Positions 1 to 12,240 of a DNA stretch of 64,000 nucleotides are shown one piece after another; the first letter of the stretch is position 1, and every line of letters begins with the position of its first letter. This stretch comes from Octopus vulgaris (Eukaryota). Where the stretch lies: assembly GCA_951406725.2 (NCBI GenBank), contig OX597814.1, positions 110,794,001 to 110,858,000 on the forward strand. Reading direction: 5' to 3'. The notes under the pieces were generated by a model. That model was not told the origin of the DNA. It ran no database searches and saw only the letters and a list, made by a program, of their open reading frames with translations. The translations under genes were made by a program, and so were the position numbers.

Positions 1-279
1 AGTTCATATCAGGCTGCATTTTATGTGTAGTGGTAAAATATTTGTTATTCTGTGAGTAAATATTGTTCCATCAGTGGAGACATTTTGTCTCAGCTCTTTC
101 TTTCTTTCTTGGCTCACTCTTCCATCTTGTCTACTCACTGCGCCCCCCCCCACCGTCATTCCTTATCAAGATTTATTACATTTTTCTTTGTTTTATGCTC
201 TATTTTCATCCATTTGTATTTTATTTTTTCCCTACTAAATTCAATTCTTCTCTGCTGTGTTCTCAAAAGTTTTTTTTTT

Positions 280-286
280 ATAATAA

Positions 287-330
<44 letters not shown>

Positions 331-343
331 ATAATAATAATAA
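280..343. repeat. Compound (AGT)n(AAT)n microsatellite
   Basis: Direct reading; it explains the poly-Val/Ser/Thr runs in the first ORFs. Confidence 0.95.
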
Positions 344-2127
344 TCCATTCTGCTAAAGGCACAAGGCCTAAAATTTTTTGGGGGAGGGGACATAATTTAT
401 TCCCCCCCTCCCCAAGGATGAAGGGTAAAGCTGACCTCCACGAAATATACCTTAAACCAAAGATCACCAAAATGTTATCAGTCTGACAGAATCAATAGAG
501 TGTCAGATAAAGTACCCTGCAGTATTTTAGTTGTATTCCTTTACACTCCAAGTTTGAATTCAGCTGAAGCTGGCTGTTAACATCTGATGGCTAAATGGTA
601 TCAGATGGTGCAGGGTGGGGGGTGATCTAATGTGTGGCTTTGTGCTTTTGTTAGAAATGAGTATTTAATTAAATATTATTGTCTGCTTTGGCAGCATTTC
701 TACAGCGCAGTGCCCTTCCTAATGCCAAATACTTTACAACATCTAGTGAGTGTTTTATTTGTGCCACCATCACAAGGCTGCAAACTGAGGTGATGGTGGA
801 GGTAGTGGTTTTTATACTAGGAGATGACAAGTTAAAGTATGAGGGAAAGGGCCAGAGCAGAACAGGAGTTTCTTGTTGTAGAGGAGTTATATGCCTTCTC
901 TCATTTTAGAAGAGAGTAGGGGTGCAACTGGGAAGAAATACAAATAGTGGTGATGAGGTGGCTGGTTGGACCCTCAAGGTATGAGGTGAGTACAAATGAG
1001 TAAGGACAGAGGAACCAAGAGTAGAAATAGGTTGAGGGTGCAAGAGTAGGGGGGGAAGTAAGAGATGAGGAATGGGTGAGGAGGGAAGTAGGTGAGAACT
1101 GTAAAGATTGGGTAGGGTTGAAGGGTGGATAAGGAGTGAGGGCCGACCAATGGTGCAGGAGTTGGGGAAGGTAGGGCAGAGCAGGAGATGACTGACTGAC
1201 TTTAGAAAAAAGGGGGTGAAGAGCTGCAGAATATATATCATTTATATAGGTGAAGAGCTGCTGTTTATATATCATTTTTCTTGTTTAATATTTCAAGTAA
1301 TTATAAAAAATAAAATTCTATTTCAAATATTCTAATTGCTGTTTACTGTATGACATACTATGTATGTCTTTCTTTTTTTCCTTCACAGACAAAGCACTGA
1401 CTTTTTTTCTTCTTTGCATCATTTACATTGCTGAAAAAAAAATTGGATTTTTAACTGTTTAATCTCTAAGTATAGCGTAATTGAAATTGTTGAAAAATTA
1501 CCGAAAGTATACACCACTGTTAAGAATGATGATATAAAGAGCTTAATATTGATGGCTAGGGACAGGTTAACATGTAATCAATATTGATTAGATAGTAGTC
1601 GATATTGATTTATTTTTCATTTAATAGAATCATTCTTAAATACCAAGTTAAGAAGTATTTTTGTTTTTGTTTTGCTTTGTAAGTTTTCATATATAAATAT
1701 TAGTGTATAGTGACTGCAGATTGGGAGTTGATACTGAGCAATAAGCAGAAAAATTGTGTGTTTGCTTGTGATCCAGGACTTAATTCTCAACAGCCGAGTT
1801 CATTTTACTTTTAATTACTGCAGAAGGTAACAATTCTTGTAAACAGAAACATTAATGACTTGCAGTGGTTTTGTTAGCTTACTTTACTGGGTTCAATTCC
1901 CTCTGCAGACTTGGGGAATATAGCAGGAATCACTCAAGTGTATTTCTCTTTTGGACAACCCAGCAAACATCTCAACTACATAGCTACACCTGCTCCTCTT
2001 ACAAAATGCAGAGATATAATTGGACCTTTTTAAAAAAAAAGCCTTGATGAACATAGTAGATCAGTATATATATTTTATTATAAATCTTTTCTGATCAGTA
2101 TATATATTTTATTATAAATCTTTTCTA

Positions 2128-2622
2128 CAGCACCATATGAGTGTGATCGTTGACAGAGCGGCTAACCGGCTTCCATGCCAGTGGCACATAAAAGGGCACC
2201 ATTCAAGTGTGATTGTTACCAGCGTCGCCTTACTAGCACTTGTGCCCGTGCTAGTAGGGTGCCAAGAGCACTATCCGAGCGTGATCGTTGCCAGAGCAGC
2301 CAACTGGCTGGTGGCACATAAAAGGGCACCATTCGAGCGTGATCGTTACCAACGTCGCCTTTCTGGTACCTGTGCCAGTGGCATGTGTAAAAAGATTCGG
2401 GCGAGGTCATTGCCAGTACCGCCTGACTGGCTCCCGTGCCGGTGGCACGTAAAAGACACCCACTACACTCTCGGAGTGGTTGGCATTAGGAAGGGCATCC
2501 AGCTGTAGAAATTCTGCCAGATCAGATTGGAGCCTGGTGCAGCCTTCTGGCTCACCAGTCCTCAGTCAAACCGTCCAACCCATGCTAGCATGGAAAGCAG
2601 ACGTTAAACGATGATAATGATG
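2128..2622 (+). mobile_element. RTE-type LINE 3' UTR fragment (5'-truncated) with (GAT)n tail
   Basis: Ends GGTTGGCATTAGGAAGGGCATCCAGCTGTAGAA...GGAAAGCAGACGTTAAACGATGAT. Many copies occur in the window, and the longest (47632-47997) reaches an RTE-like ORF C-terminus. Confidence 0.75.
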
Positions 2623-3703
2623 ATCCACGACAGGCATTTTCTTGCTCTTAATGTTCCTGCATGTTATTCTTTGTGAGGATCTTGCAAAAGATGGTAGCTG
2701 TAGTATAGTAGTTCTTAGCAGATACTTGCTGGAATATGGAGGGGAACTGTCTCTGTTCACCTCAAAGTACTACATTACCAGCAATTATGTTTAATTATAT
2801 AATGATAATCTGTCGAACAGTTAAAAATATAATGAAAACGCATTTTAAATTTAATTAAAATCTTTTTCACGCAATGTTGTCACTAAAACGATTGTCTTAG
2901 TTTATTTAATTCATGAATTATTGGAATAGCTCATCTGATTTGATGTACTGAACATGCAAGCAAGCACTCACATATGTATGCACACGTTCACACACACTTG
3001 TATATACACATCTATGCATATGCACACAGATGTGCACATGTGTACATACATGTACACATGTACATACATGCATGTGCACACACATATGCAGTGAGAGAGA
3101 GAAAGAGAGAGAGAGAGATGTGTTGTTGGTTTATTAATATTTCTGTCATTAACCCATGCGTGATCATATTTCTAATGAAATGAGTTGTCCATGCGTTTCA
3201 ATTAATTTTGAAAATAATCACCAAAAGTATGGCAGGATTTAGTAAATTAACTAACTTTTCCATTACTAAGCTACTGTTTGGAACATAACAAAAAATTGTT
3301 AAATAAAATTGGTAATATCTATTTGAATAATAGCTGATATAAATGTTGGTTGGTTGCTTGGTTGATTTCTACAGGCATTGTTCACATAATATAGAGAGAG
3401 TGAGAGAGTTGACATAAGAAGTGCAGGAAGAGTGCACATACTAAGCTTGGCAGCAGGCAGTGAGTTAGAGAATACTACATACACACATAGAGTTAAGAGA
3501 AAGAATCATAGAGACAGAAGAGGAAAGGGAGTATATGACAGGGTAGTTACGGGAGAAGTTATACAAACAAGAAATTTGTTTTATTTAATTTTGTTTATGG
3601 TAATAAATACTTTTCTTCTCAAAATTAATCTTACCTATGGCAACAAAAGTATATTTCTAAAGCTACTCCTCATATGATGAGTAATGCTTTTGCTTAAATA
3701 TAA

Positions 3704-4076
3704 GGTGCAGGCATGGATGTGTGGTAAGAAGTTTGCTTCTCAACCACTTGGTCCAGGGTTCAGTCCCATAGCATGGTGCCTTGGACAAGTGTCTTTTACT
3801 AAAGCTTTTGGCTGACCAAAGCCGTGGGCCAGCCAAAGCCTTGTGAATGGATTTGATAGATGGAAACTGAAAGAAGCCCATCTTGTGTGTGTGTGTGTGT
3901 GTGTGTCCCTGATGACTGCTTGACAGCCAGTGTCAATGTGTTTATGTCTCTGTAACATAGCAGTTCATCAAAAGAGGCTGATAGAATAAGTACTGGGATT
4001 GATTGATTCAACAAAAATTCTTCAAGATGATGCCCCAGTATGGCCGTAGTCTTATAACTGAAACAAGTAAAAGATA
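3704..4076 (+). mobile_element. tRNA-derived SINE, family A (CORE-like body, internal (TG)n)
   Basis: A-box-like TGGATGTGTGG and B-box-like GGTTCAGTCC, CCTTGGACAAGTGTCTT core, tail TGAAACAAGTAAAAGA; repeated many times in the window. Confidence 0.85.
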
Positions 4077-4299
4077 AATTACGAGTAAATTAAAACTAGT
4101 TTGTGCCGTAGTAATAAATGGTTTTAGTGAGGTGGTTTTAGGCAGGTTGGTATGAAAAGGGTTAAACTTGTATGAGGAGAGTGCTAAGTAAGTAGTATTT
4201 AAATGTAACATTGGATATTCTGCTTTGCAGAGTTTGTTAAATATCCAAGTTTTTTTTTCCTTTCCTTTCTTTTCTATTCTCTTCCTGCCTGTTTTGTAG

Positions 4300-4394
4300 G
4301 AAAAGGAAGTTTATGCATCAAATACTAGTTCAACTGGAGATTTACCAAGTCTAAAATTAGCAAACATCTATGTTTTATTTATTCTTACTTTCAG
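4300..4394 (+). other. Candidate internal exon (possibly UTR)
   Basis: Long polypyrimidine tract + TTTGTAG acceptor at 4299; 95 nt open in one frame (EKEVYASNTSSTGDLPSLKLANIYVLFILTF); followed by weak GTTTGT donor. No recognisable homology. Confidence 0.3.
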
Positions 4395-5006
4395 GTTTGT
4401 TTGTGTCTTTTTCATTTTACCCTGTAAAAACTTTATCCTCCAAAAGCAAGGAATCCAATTAAATTAGGTTGTCGTCTAAGTTGACTAATCTTCATATTGG
4501 GAGGGAGAAAAAATGCGTTATCTGTAATAAGGATGTTATTTTTTTTTTCCTTGCTTCTTAACATAGAAATGGGTTTGTGTTTCTGTTGAAATATGTAGCA
4601 TAATCAGAATGAAATAAATCTTACTGCTCTGCTGTGTTTATCTCTTAACTTTCCTCAAATTTACAGAAATATGAGCTCATTGCTTCTTCTTTCATCTAAT
4701 ACTACAAACCTCATCATTTACTCTAAATATTTTGTTAATGGTGGCAACTTGTTTTATTTATTTCTTTAAAGCATTTTAGACTCTTTTTTTTTTTCATATT
4801 TCTAAACCTTTTCCTCGCTAACTTGGGTGGGAAAATAATTCATGTGATGCATACAAAACAGTGAGAATCCAAGCAATAATGTATCTATTCATTCTCGATA
4901 CATTCTGGGAGATTCGAATGTGAATATGTTGATTGCTGTTAGAGGACACTTCATTCCTTTACATGACCTGTTTTTATAAGACACGTGATTCATTGATGTA
5001 AGGGAG

Positions 5007-5055
5007 CTTTGAGACACCATGCTGTTTTGACTTTGTTCAGTCTCCTCAGTCAAAG
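5007..5055 (-). ncRNA. Type I hammerhead ribozyme motif (G12->A lesion)
   Basis: Minus strand: CUUUGA-CUGAGGA-GACU gaacaa AGUC-AAAA-CAGCAUGGUG-UC^UCAAAG. Stem I 6 bp, stem II 4 bp, near-palindromic stem III ACAGCAUGGUGU, GUC cleavage triplet. Confidence 0.75.
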
Positions 5056-5340
5056 TTACCCCAGATCAATGAATTTAACTAGATTACTAGTTCCTATTTA
5101 TAGAAATCAGCAAACATATGATTTGTTGAGGTATGCTGATGTCTGCCAAACAGATAATAATTCCTGGGTGCCTGCAGAGCATCAAGAATCCAAATGACAG
5201 CATATCTATTCATTCTCGATATGTTCTAGTAGATTTGAATAGAATTATACTGATTGCTGTTGTATTTCATCACTGGAGAACACCACCTCACTTTAAATGA
5301 TGAGTGTTCATGGCACACAGGATTCATTGACCTAAGGCAA

Positions 5341-5388
5341 CTTTGAGACTCTAGTGTTTCGACCTTATTGTGTCTCTTCAGTCACCCT
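5341..5388 (-). ncRNA. Type I hammerhead ribozyme motif (intact core, shortened stem I)
   Basis: Minus strand: UGA-CUGAAGA-GAC acaauaag GUC-GAAAC-ACUAGA-GUC^UCAAAG. All core nucleotides are present. Confidence 0.8.
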
Positions 5389-5599
5389 GGATGAGTTAAT
5401 CTAAAATCTTGATTTACAGAAATCAACAAACAAATGATACATTCGTACAGGAAGTTAACTCATTTAATGTCAGAATAGGTTTTTACAGTAAAAAAAAAAA
5501 AAAGGGCTTAAATATAATGAAGTTAACTTTTATTTATGATGATCGGTATAATGTTTACTTTTTCTGTATAAATTTACTAAAACCATTAAATGGTTAACT

Positions 5600-6089
5600 A
5601 CTTTTTGAAGTCTGACGTATCAAAGGTTCCGACAAGGACAAGCGGAAAATCAGAGCTTGAGACAAGAAGATGCTTTCAACCAATCAGAATTCTGTTTACA
5701 CAATCAGTTTGATTATCAGCTTTGTTTTTGTTCATAATTCTTATCAACAACTTTTCCTGTGATTGAGAATACATACAGCAGTATGCTAAACATCGGACAT
5801 AATCTCTTGTGGACAAACACTTTGAAATTTAAGAGCTTTTAATGTGATACCTGCTAAAACAGAAATTGTTTGCATTTAATGAAAATTTAATAAAATCTAA
5901 TCATAAGTAATTGAAATGATGCTAAATACAACTAAATTGAAAACTTTTTTCCCCTGGCCATATCAGCAATTCTGAAAACTTTTGGGTGCGATTTCTACAG
6001 TAGAAGCTTTTTTTAACAAATTTTATCCTGAAAATCACCTGCGTAAATTACACAGGTGTGCAAATTACATGGTTTTTTTTTTTACAGTA
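5600..6089. mobile_element. Degenerate Tc1/pogo (Tigger-like) DNA transposon remnant
   Basis: Right end ...GCGTAAATTACACAGGTGTGCAAATTACATGGTTTTTTTTTTACAG-TA resembles Tigger-type termini; left end not located. Confidence 0.35.
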
Positions 6090-6149
6090 TTTTAAATTGG
6101 TTAAAGTACTTGTTGACCTCACTACGTTATGTTTGTCTACAGTTCACTG

Positions 6150-6550
6150 TCATCATCATCATCATTTAATGTCCACTTTTCCATGCTTGTATGGATCAGA
6201 TGGAATTTGTTAGGGCAGACATTTTATGGCTGGATGCTCTTCCTGTTTCCAAATGAAGTAATATTTTCTTTTGACCAGACAATTCATGGAAGAAGGAAAA
6301 CGAACAACTTCATTTGAATGACAATGTTGCTCATTTGCAACTATCACGTGTTGTCAAGACAATGGTACACACATATGCACCCCTCTCATACACACACGTG
6401 TGAAGGGTTTCTTTCAGTTTCCATCCACCAAATCCACTCGCAAAGCTTTGGTTAGTCTGAGACTATAGAAGATATTTGTCCAAGGTGCAGGACAGTGGGA
6501 CTGAACCCAGCACCACATGGTTGGAAGCAACCACACAGCCATGCCTGTAC
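6150..6550 (-). mobile_element. Family A SINE head joined to RTE-like tail
   Basis: Family A head/body at 6400-6550 is continuous with an RTE-type (GAT)n tail at 6150-6250; same arrangement at 15490-15830, 28410-29030 and 45170-45690. Confidence 0.65.
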
Positions 6551-7478
6551 CTGTCTAATAATAATAACAACCTTCTTCCCTCCGGATATGTCATCTTTTT
6601 TTACTATTATATCATATTTCCAGTCACTTTACATCACTTGCATTATCAGTTTGTGTTAGTTATGTGCGTATATTTGTCATTTGTTGGTGTTTCTGTATAA
6701 ATGTGTATTATTTCTCTTGTGTAGCTATTGAGATTAGAGTTTATCCTCAACAGCTAGTATTCTCATGTGTAAGCAGGTGCTCTGGAACTTTCTATTGATT
6801 GTGGACAGTTGCCATTATTTCTGGTCAGTATACGAGTGGCAAGAAACTGATGACATTCTACCAATATCATTGGTGATCTCATTGGTTTAGAGCATTGATT
6901 TATATTTTGTTACTTTTACTATCAGTTGAACTGGTTTCCATAATTGCCTTTATTCATTAGTCTTCCACCTATCAATCCACTCACACCTGTCCGTTTTTAT
7001 ATTATTTGTAAGGTTTACATTTTCCAAGGTTTTTCATGTAGTTCCTTTTTTTTCTTTTTTCTGTATTTTTCTCTCCATATTTTCCTTTGTCAGTTGTGTC
7101 TGTTACAAGCTCATGTTACTAGTTTTTCCTCTCTGCAAACGTCATCCGTTCTCATTTTCATTCAGATTCCAGTCAAGAGAAGTCATTAAAGATAGTTGTT
7201 ATTCTATAAAGGTGAGATTTAAATAAAATCTATAAATATTGATTTCAAATGCTGATTGTAACCCTTCTAGCTTAACGATCATTTTAACATCTACTTGTCT
7301 GTACTTGCATGGGTTGGACATAGTATTTAATGAGAAAGATTTTCTATGGCCAGATTAGTCTTTCTCTTGCTAACACTCAACTGTTTCTTAGCAAGGTAAT
7401 ATTTCCCAATGGCCATATATGTTTGGTCAGTTTGAGGCTCTATTAGAAGACACTTGATCACGGTACCATGAAGTGGGA

Positions 7479-7712
7479 TAAGGCGGTGAGCTGGCAGAAG
7501 CGTTAGCACGTCGGGCGAAATGCTTAGCGGTATTTTGTCTGCCGCTACATTCTGTGTTCAAATTCCGCCGAGGTCAACTTTGCCTTTCATCCTTTTGGGG
7601 TCAATTAAATAAGTACCAGTTACACACTGGGGTTGATGTAATCGACTTAATCCGTTTGTCTGTCCTTGTTTGTCCCCTCTGTGTTTAGCCCCTTGTGGGT
7701 AGTAAAGAAATA
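7479..7712 (+). mobile_element. tRNA-derived SINE, family B, nested in a family A SINE
   Basis: Head GGCGGTGAGCTGGCAGAA...GTTCAAATTCC; central CTTTGCCTTTCATCCTTTTGGGGTC...AAGTACCAG block; 17-bp TSD GGTACCATGAAGTGGGA at 7462 and 7713. Confidence 0.9.
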
Positions 7713-8164
7713 GGTACCATGAAGTGGGACTGAACCTGGAACCAAGTGGTTGGAAAACAAACTTCTTAACCACACAGCCACACTTGTGCTTACTATAGTT
7801 AATTAAATACTAATTAATTACATTCTGTTTAATTTCTTAAAATTTAAAGATCAGAAATACATACTGTCAGTTCATTTAGAACTTCAGTATCTGCTTTCAA
7901 TCAATACACCTACGCAATTTTTTTTTCCTCTAGTCAGTCTTTTTATAACTAAATCTAAAGCAAGAATTTTGAAAGCAAAACAGAAACACGTTGCTTCTGA
8001 AATTAAAAGGTCATTAATTTTAGATATGTTGTTGTATGACATCATGAAAATACTTTTAAATTTGATTAAATATATTAGCTGCACATATCTTTTTAAAATA
8101 TCAGAATCGAGTTAAGTTGATTAATATAGCCAAGTTTTTTCTTATGGCAATAGTGTGATAATGG

Positions 8165-8489
8165 TTGCTTTCGTCTCATGAGAGGATTTAAAGTTGCACT
8201 GTGTAGCACTTTGTGTGTCTTCTGTTATAGCTCCGGGCTGAGCAAAGCCTTGTCAGTGGAATTGGTAGACAGAAATTGCAAGAAGCCCGTCATATTATAT
8301 ATTTATATATATAGTTATGATATATTTGTGTGTGTATGTTTTGTGTCTATTTGTCCCTACCATCATCGCTTGATAACCAATGTTGGTGTGGTTATGTCCT
8401 TGTAACTTAGCAGTTCGGCAAAATAGACTGATAGAATAAGTACTAGGTATACAAAGAATAAGACCTAGGGTTGATTTCTTCGACTAAAA

Positions 8490-8490
<1 letters not shown>
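8165..8490 (+). mobile_element. Family A SINE, degenerate
   Basis: Colinear with the adjacent full copy at 8525-8940. Confidence 0.7.
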
Positions 8491-8524
<34 letters not shown>

Positions 8525-8526
<2 letters not shown>

Positions 8527-8678
8527 CGTAGGAGTAGCTGTGTGGTAAGTAGCTTACTTACGAACCACATGATTCAGGGTTCAGTCCCACTGAATGGTAC
8601 CTTGGCCAAGGTCTTCTACTATATCCGCAGGCCAACCAAAGCCTTGTGAGTGGATTTGGTAGAACTGAAAGAAGCCCG

Positions 8679-8733
<55 letters not shown>

Positions 8734-8938
8734 TATATATGTGTGTATGTGTTTGTTCCCCCAACATCACTTGACAACCAATGCTGGTGTGTTTATGTCC
8801 CCGTAACTTAGTGGTTCAGCAAAAGAGACTGATAGAATAAGTACTAGGCTTACAAAAAATAAGTCCTGGGGTTGATTTGCTCGACTAGAAAGGGCGGTGC
8901 TCCAGCATGGCCACAGTCAAATGACTGAAACGAGTAAA

Positions 8939-8940
<2 letters not shown>
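8525..8940 (+). mobile_element. Family A SINE, full length, inserted in a (TA)n tract
   Basis: GGCGTAGGAGTAGCTGTGTGGTAAG head through TGACTGAAACGAGTAAAAG tail; (TA)n on both sides and internally. Confidence 0.9.
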
Positions 8941-8973
<33 letters not shown>

Positions 8974-10521
8974 CTCAGTGAGAAATCGCTTTTTCTTGCA
9001 TCAATAATTTTTATACTTCATGAAATTTACTTACATTGAACAAATGAAAGGCTTTTACAGTTCCTAAAAACAGGTCAAATCACAGCATAAGGACATACTG
9101 GACAACGTAGTCTAAGATATGGTTGCAGGTGGAATGCCTTCAAGGGCTGCTTGTTTATTGATGCCCTAGGGCTAAAGTGTATCAACAGCTTAGACTTAGC
9201 CATCAACAGTACACTGCTCATAATTTCCTTCAGTTTGTTGGTTGGTCAATTGTTTATTCACTTGGCCCAGGTGTGACTCATCCAAAGTCTACAGGTGCTT
9301 GATATTAACATGATCAGCCTTATATTAAAAACAACTTTTTTGTATGATTATGGATTCTGTATAGACTTTCAGTTTATACCCCATGTTGCCTGCTACTGGT
9401 GCTGCTTCAACTGTTATTTCCACCCAGCAAACAAGAAATTAGGTGTGTCTGTTTGAGATTAGTTTGTACACTTGATTAATTGACTAAATATGTCTGTTTG
9501 TCTTTTTTCTGATAAATTATTGAAACCAGGAAATACAAATGTTTTATCAATGACTTGATTAAAAAAAGAAATAAATGAATGAATAAAATCCTGTTTATCG
9601 TGTTGCTCTTGAAATTCACTGTCTTTGTTTTTGATTAATTTATTGAATTTAGTAAAATAACTTCTTATTAAATTGGTGTTTGGAACCTAAATTAACAAGA
9701 AATTTTGATGGAAGGTTTTAATTAGATCACTCGAACCCTTTTCAAACCCATATTTCTGTTCAATTAATTTGAAAATATTGAACTTTTTAGAATGACTTTG
9801 TCATTATCAAGCTCATATTTGAAACTTGATTTAACATGAAAACTTCAGGAAAAAGTTTTGGCAACATTTTACAGCTGGATGCCCTTCCAAATACCAACCA
9901 CTCAGCAGAGTGGACTTAGCGCTTTTTACATAGCACAAGCACAGGTGAGGTCAGATTTGGCAAGGTTTATACAGTTGGATGCCCTTCCAAACACCGACCA
10001 CTTTACAGTGTAGACTGAGTGCTTTTAAGTGGTACCTGCACTGACAAAGTCACCAATTACTTGCAAGCCAAAAAAACAAAAATAACACTTTCAAGAGGGG
10101 AGGGCAATTGGAGGAGGTGATCTTGTGTTGGATGTTGAAAGGTTATTGTGTGGCAGAGAGACAGAAACAGGTGTCTTGCTGTAGATGTGGTACAAGGTTA
10201 CCTGGTCGGAGAGAGAGATCAGGAATGAAGACAGAAACAGGTGCGCTACTGCAAAGGAAATATACAATTACCCAACCTGAGGGAAGTGCAGGAGGAGAGA
10301 GAGTTAGTGACAGCAGGATAGAGATGGTGGCAAAATGCTGGGCATACTCACAAGGGACAGGGATCAGAATACAAATGGAATAGTTGAGTAAAGGAAGTGA
10401 GAGATATACATGGTGGCAAGTGCCAGAGCGTACCCTTGAGGTTCGAATCCCATAATATAAGTGTTATTAGGAATTCGTTGTTATTATGTAAAAGTGTTGT
10501 AAGTCCACAGTCCAATACATA

Positions 10522-10920
10522 TTTTCTTTTACTTGTTTCAGTCATTTGACTACAGCCATGCTGGAGCACCGCATTTAGTTGAACAAATCAAACCCAAGAC
10601 TTATTCTTTGTAAGCCTAGTACTTATTCTATTGGTCTCTTTTTGCCGAACCAAGTGATGGGGATGTAAACACACCGGCATCAGTTGTCAAGCAATGGTGG
10701 AGGGACAGAGGCACAAATAACAAATACACACACATATGCATGCACATACACATGATGGGCTTCTTCCGGTTTCTGTCTACCAATCCTCTCACAAGGCTTT
10801 GGTTGGCCCGAGGCTATAGTAGAAGATACAAGATACTTGCTCAAGGTGCCATGCAGTGGGACTGAACCTGGAACATTGTGGTTGGGAAGTGAGCTTCTTA
10901 CCTTACAGCTGTTCCTGTGC
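10522..10920 (-). mobile_element. Family A SINE, full length
   Basis: Reverse complement of the 8525-8940 family. Confidence 0.85.
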
Positions 10921-11464
10921 TTATAAGCCACTCATATATATATATATTTCGTTGCTATTGTGCAAAAGTGTTGTAAGTCCAAAATGTTGATTTTTTTCAG
11001 GAAATGAAAATATAGTTTTACCATTACATAGCACTTTGATAATTTTCATATCTTGGCATCTGAAGCAGCTGGAGATACAATAGTCTGACCAAAAGAACTA
11101 GCTATTGCAAGCACAAATATTGAAAAAAACATTTGGCTAAATTTGAACGTACAACAGTTTAACATGATAGCAACGAATTGTATAAATGCATAAAAATATT
11201 TTGTAGAATTATTACCAATTCATTGCACATAAATTTTAACAAAGTCTTGAATAGAGCCCAGCTGAGAACCACTGATTTACGTTGAGACTTTGATAGAATG
11301 TTCTCTGCAGTAGAAGCTGGACTTCCTCATTGAGAAGTGAACTTCTTAACTACTGAAAGTGTTTCTGCTGTGACCTTGAAACAGAGGTACATTCTCAGCT
11401 TTTAAAGGTCTGTAACAACACTATATCTGTCAGATATAGGTGACTATATAGTAACAAACTTGTT

Positions 11465-11800
11465 ATCATCATCATCGTTTAACGTCCGTTTTCCATGCTA
11501 GCATGGGTTGGACAGTTCAACTGGGGTCTGGGAAGCCAGCAGCTGCACCAGACCCCAGTCTGATCTGGCAGTGTTTCTACAGCTAGATGCCATTCCTAAC
11601 ACCAACCACTCCATGAGTGTAGTGGGTGCTTTTTACGTGCCACCGGCACAGGGGCCAGAGGAGGCTGGTGAACAGCCATGATCGGTTGGTGCTTTTATGT
11701 GTCACCGACACGGACGCCAGTCAGGCGGTGCCGGCACCAAACCACATTCGAACAGTGCTTTTTATGTGTCACCAGCACAGGTATCTTAACTACAATTTCC
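11465..11800 (-). mobile_element. RTE LINE 3' fragment
   Basis: Begins ATCATCATCATCGTTTAACGTCCGTTTTCCATGCTAGCATGGGTTGGAC (reverse of the family tail). Confidence 0.75.
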
Positions 11801-12240
11801 AATTCAACAATAGTTTTTCAGGTAAAAGTAATCACATGATAGGTTTGCTTGTTCATTTAATGTCCGTTTCCAGGCTGGCATGGATGAGATGGGGACTTCT
11901 TTGTGACAGTATTTTATAGCCACACGGCGTTCCTCTTGCCAATCCTTACCAGTTTTTGAAGTAAAAGATTTTTTTTATTCCACTAGGTCTTTGCATGTGC
12001 AAACTGATGAACCATGATGTCAATAAGGAATTTAATAAATATTATATTCCTGTTGTTTTATTTCACATATTATCATGCAAAACAGTGGAATGCTAACAAA
12101 TACATATGTGATGCACTTCCATGCAGTTTTTGTCTACCAAATTCACTCACAAGACATTGGTTGGTCAGGGGTTGTAGAAGATATTTGCCCCAAATTCCTC
12201 ACTGTGGAACTGAATTTGAAACCATATGGTTGCAAACATC

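Larger units (their letters stand above)
4864..5438 (-). mobile_element. Diverged ~320-335 nt tandem repeat, one hammerhead per unit (retrozyme-like / Penelope pLTR-like)
   Basis: Shared blocks ATCTATTCATTCTCGATA (4883, 5204), GATTCATTGA, CTTTGAGAC (5007, 5341) and AGAAATCA.CAAACA.ATGAT in colinear order. Confidence 0.75.

Noticed and set aside
52-486. 144-aa ORF and overlapping ORFs
   Set aside because: Created by the (AGT)n(AAT)n microsatellite and a SINE fragment; GTG start, no domain.
901-1275. Pro/Ser/Leu-rich minus-strand ORFs
   Set aside because: Purine-rich low-complexity tract (similar at 61460-61680) that lacks stops on the pyrimidine strand.
2059-2126. Perfect 34-bp tandem duplication
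   Set aside because: Simple local duplication beside an RTE 5' truncation point; only two units and no spacers, so not CRISPR-like.
11812-11826. TTTTTCAG|GTAAAA as a second recursive site
   Set aside because: Short pyrimidine tract with an AG just upstream, weak donor, at a repeat boundary.
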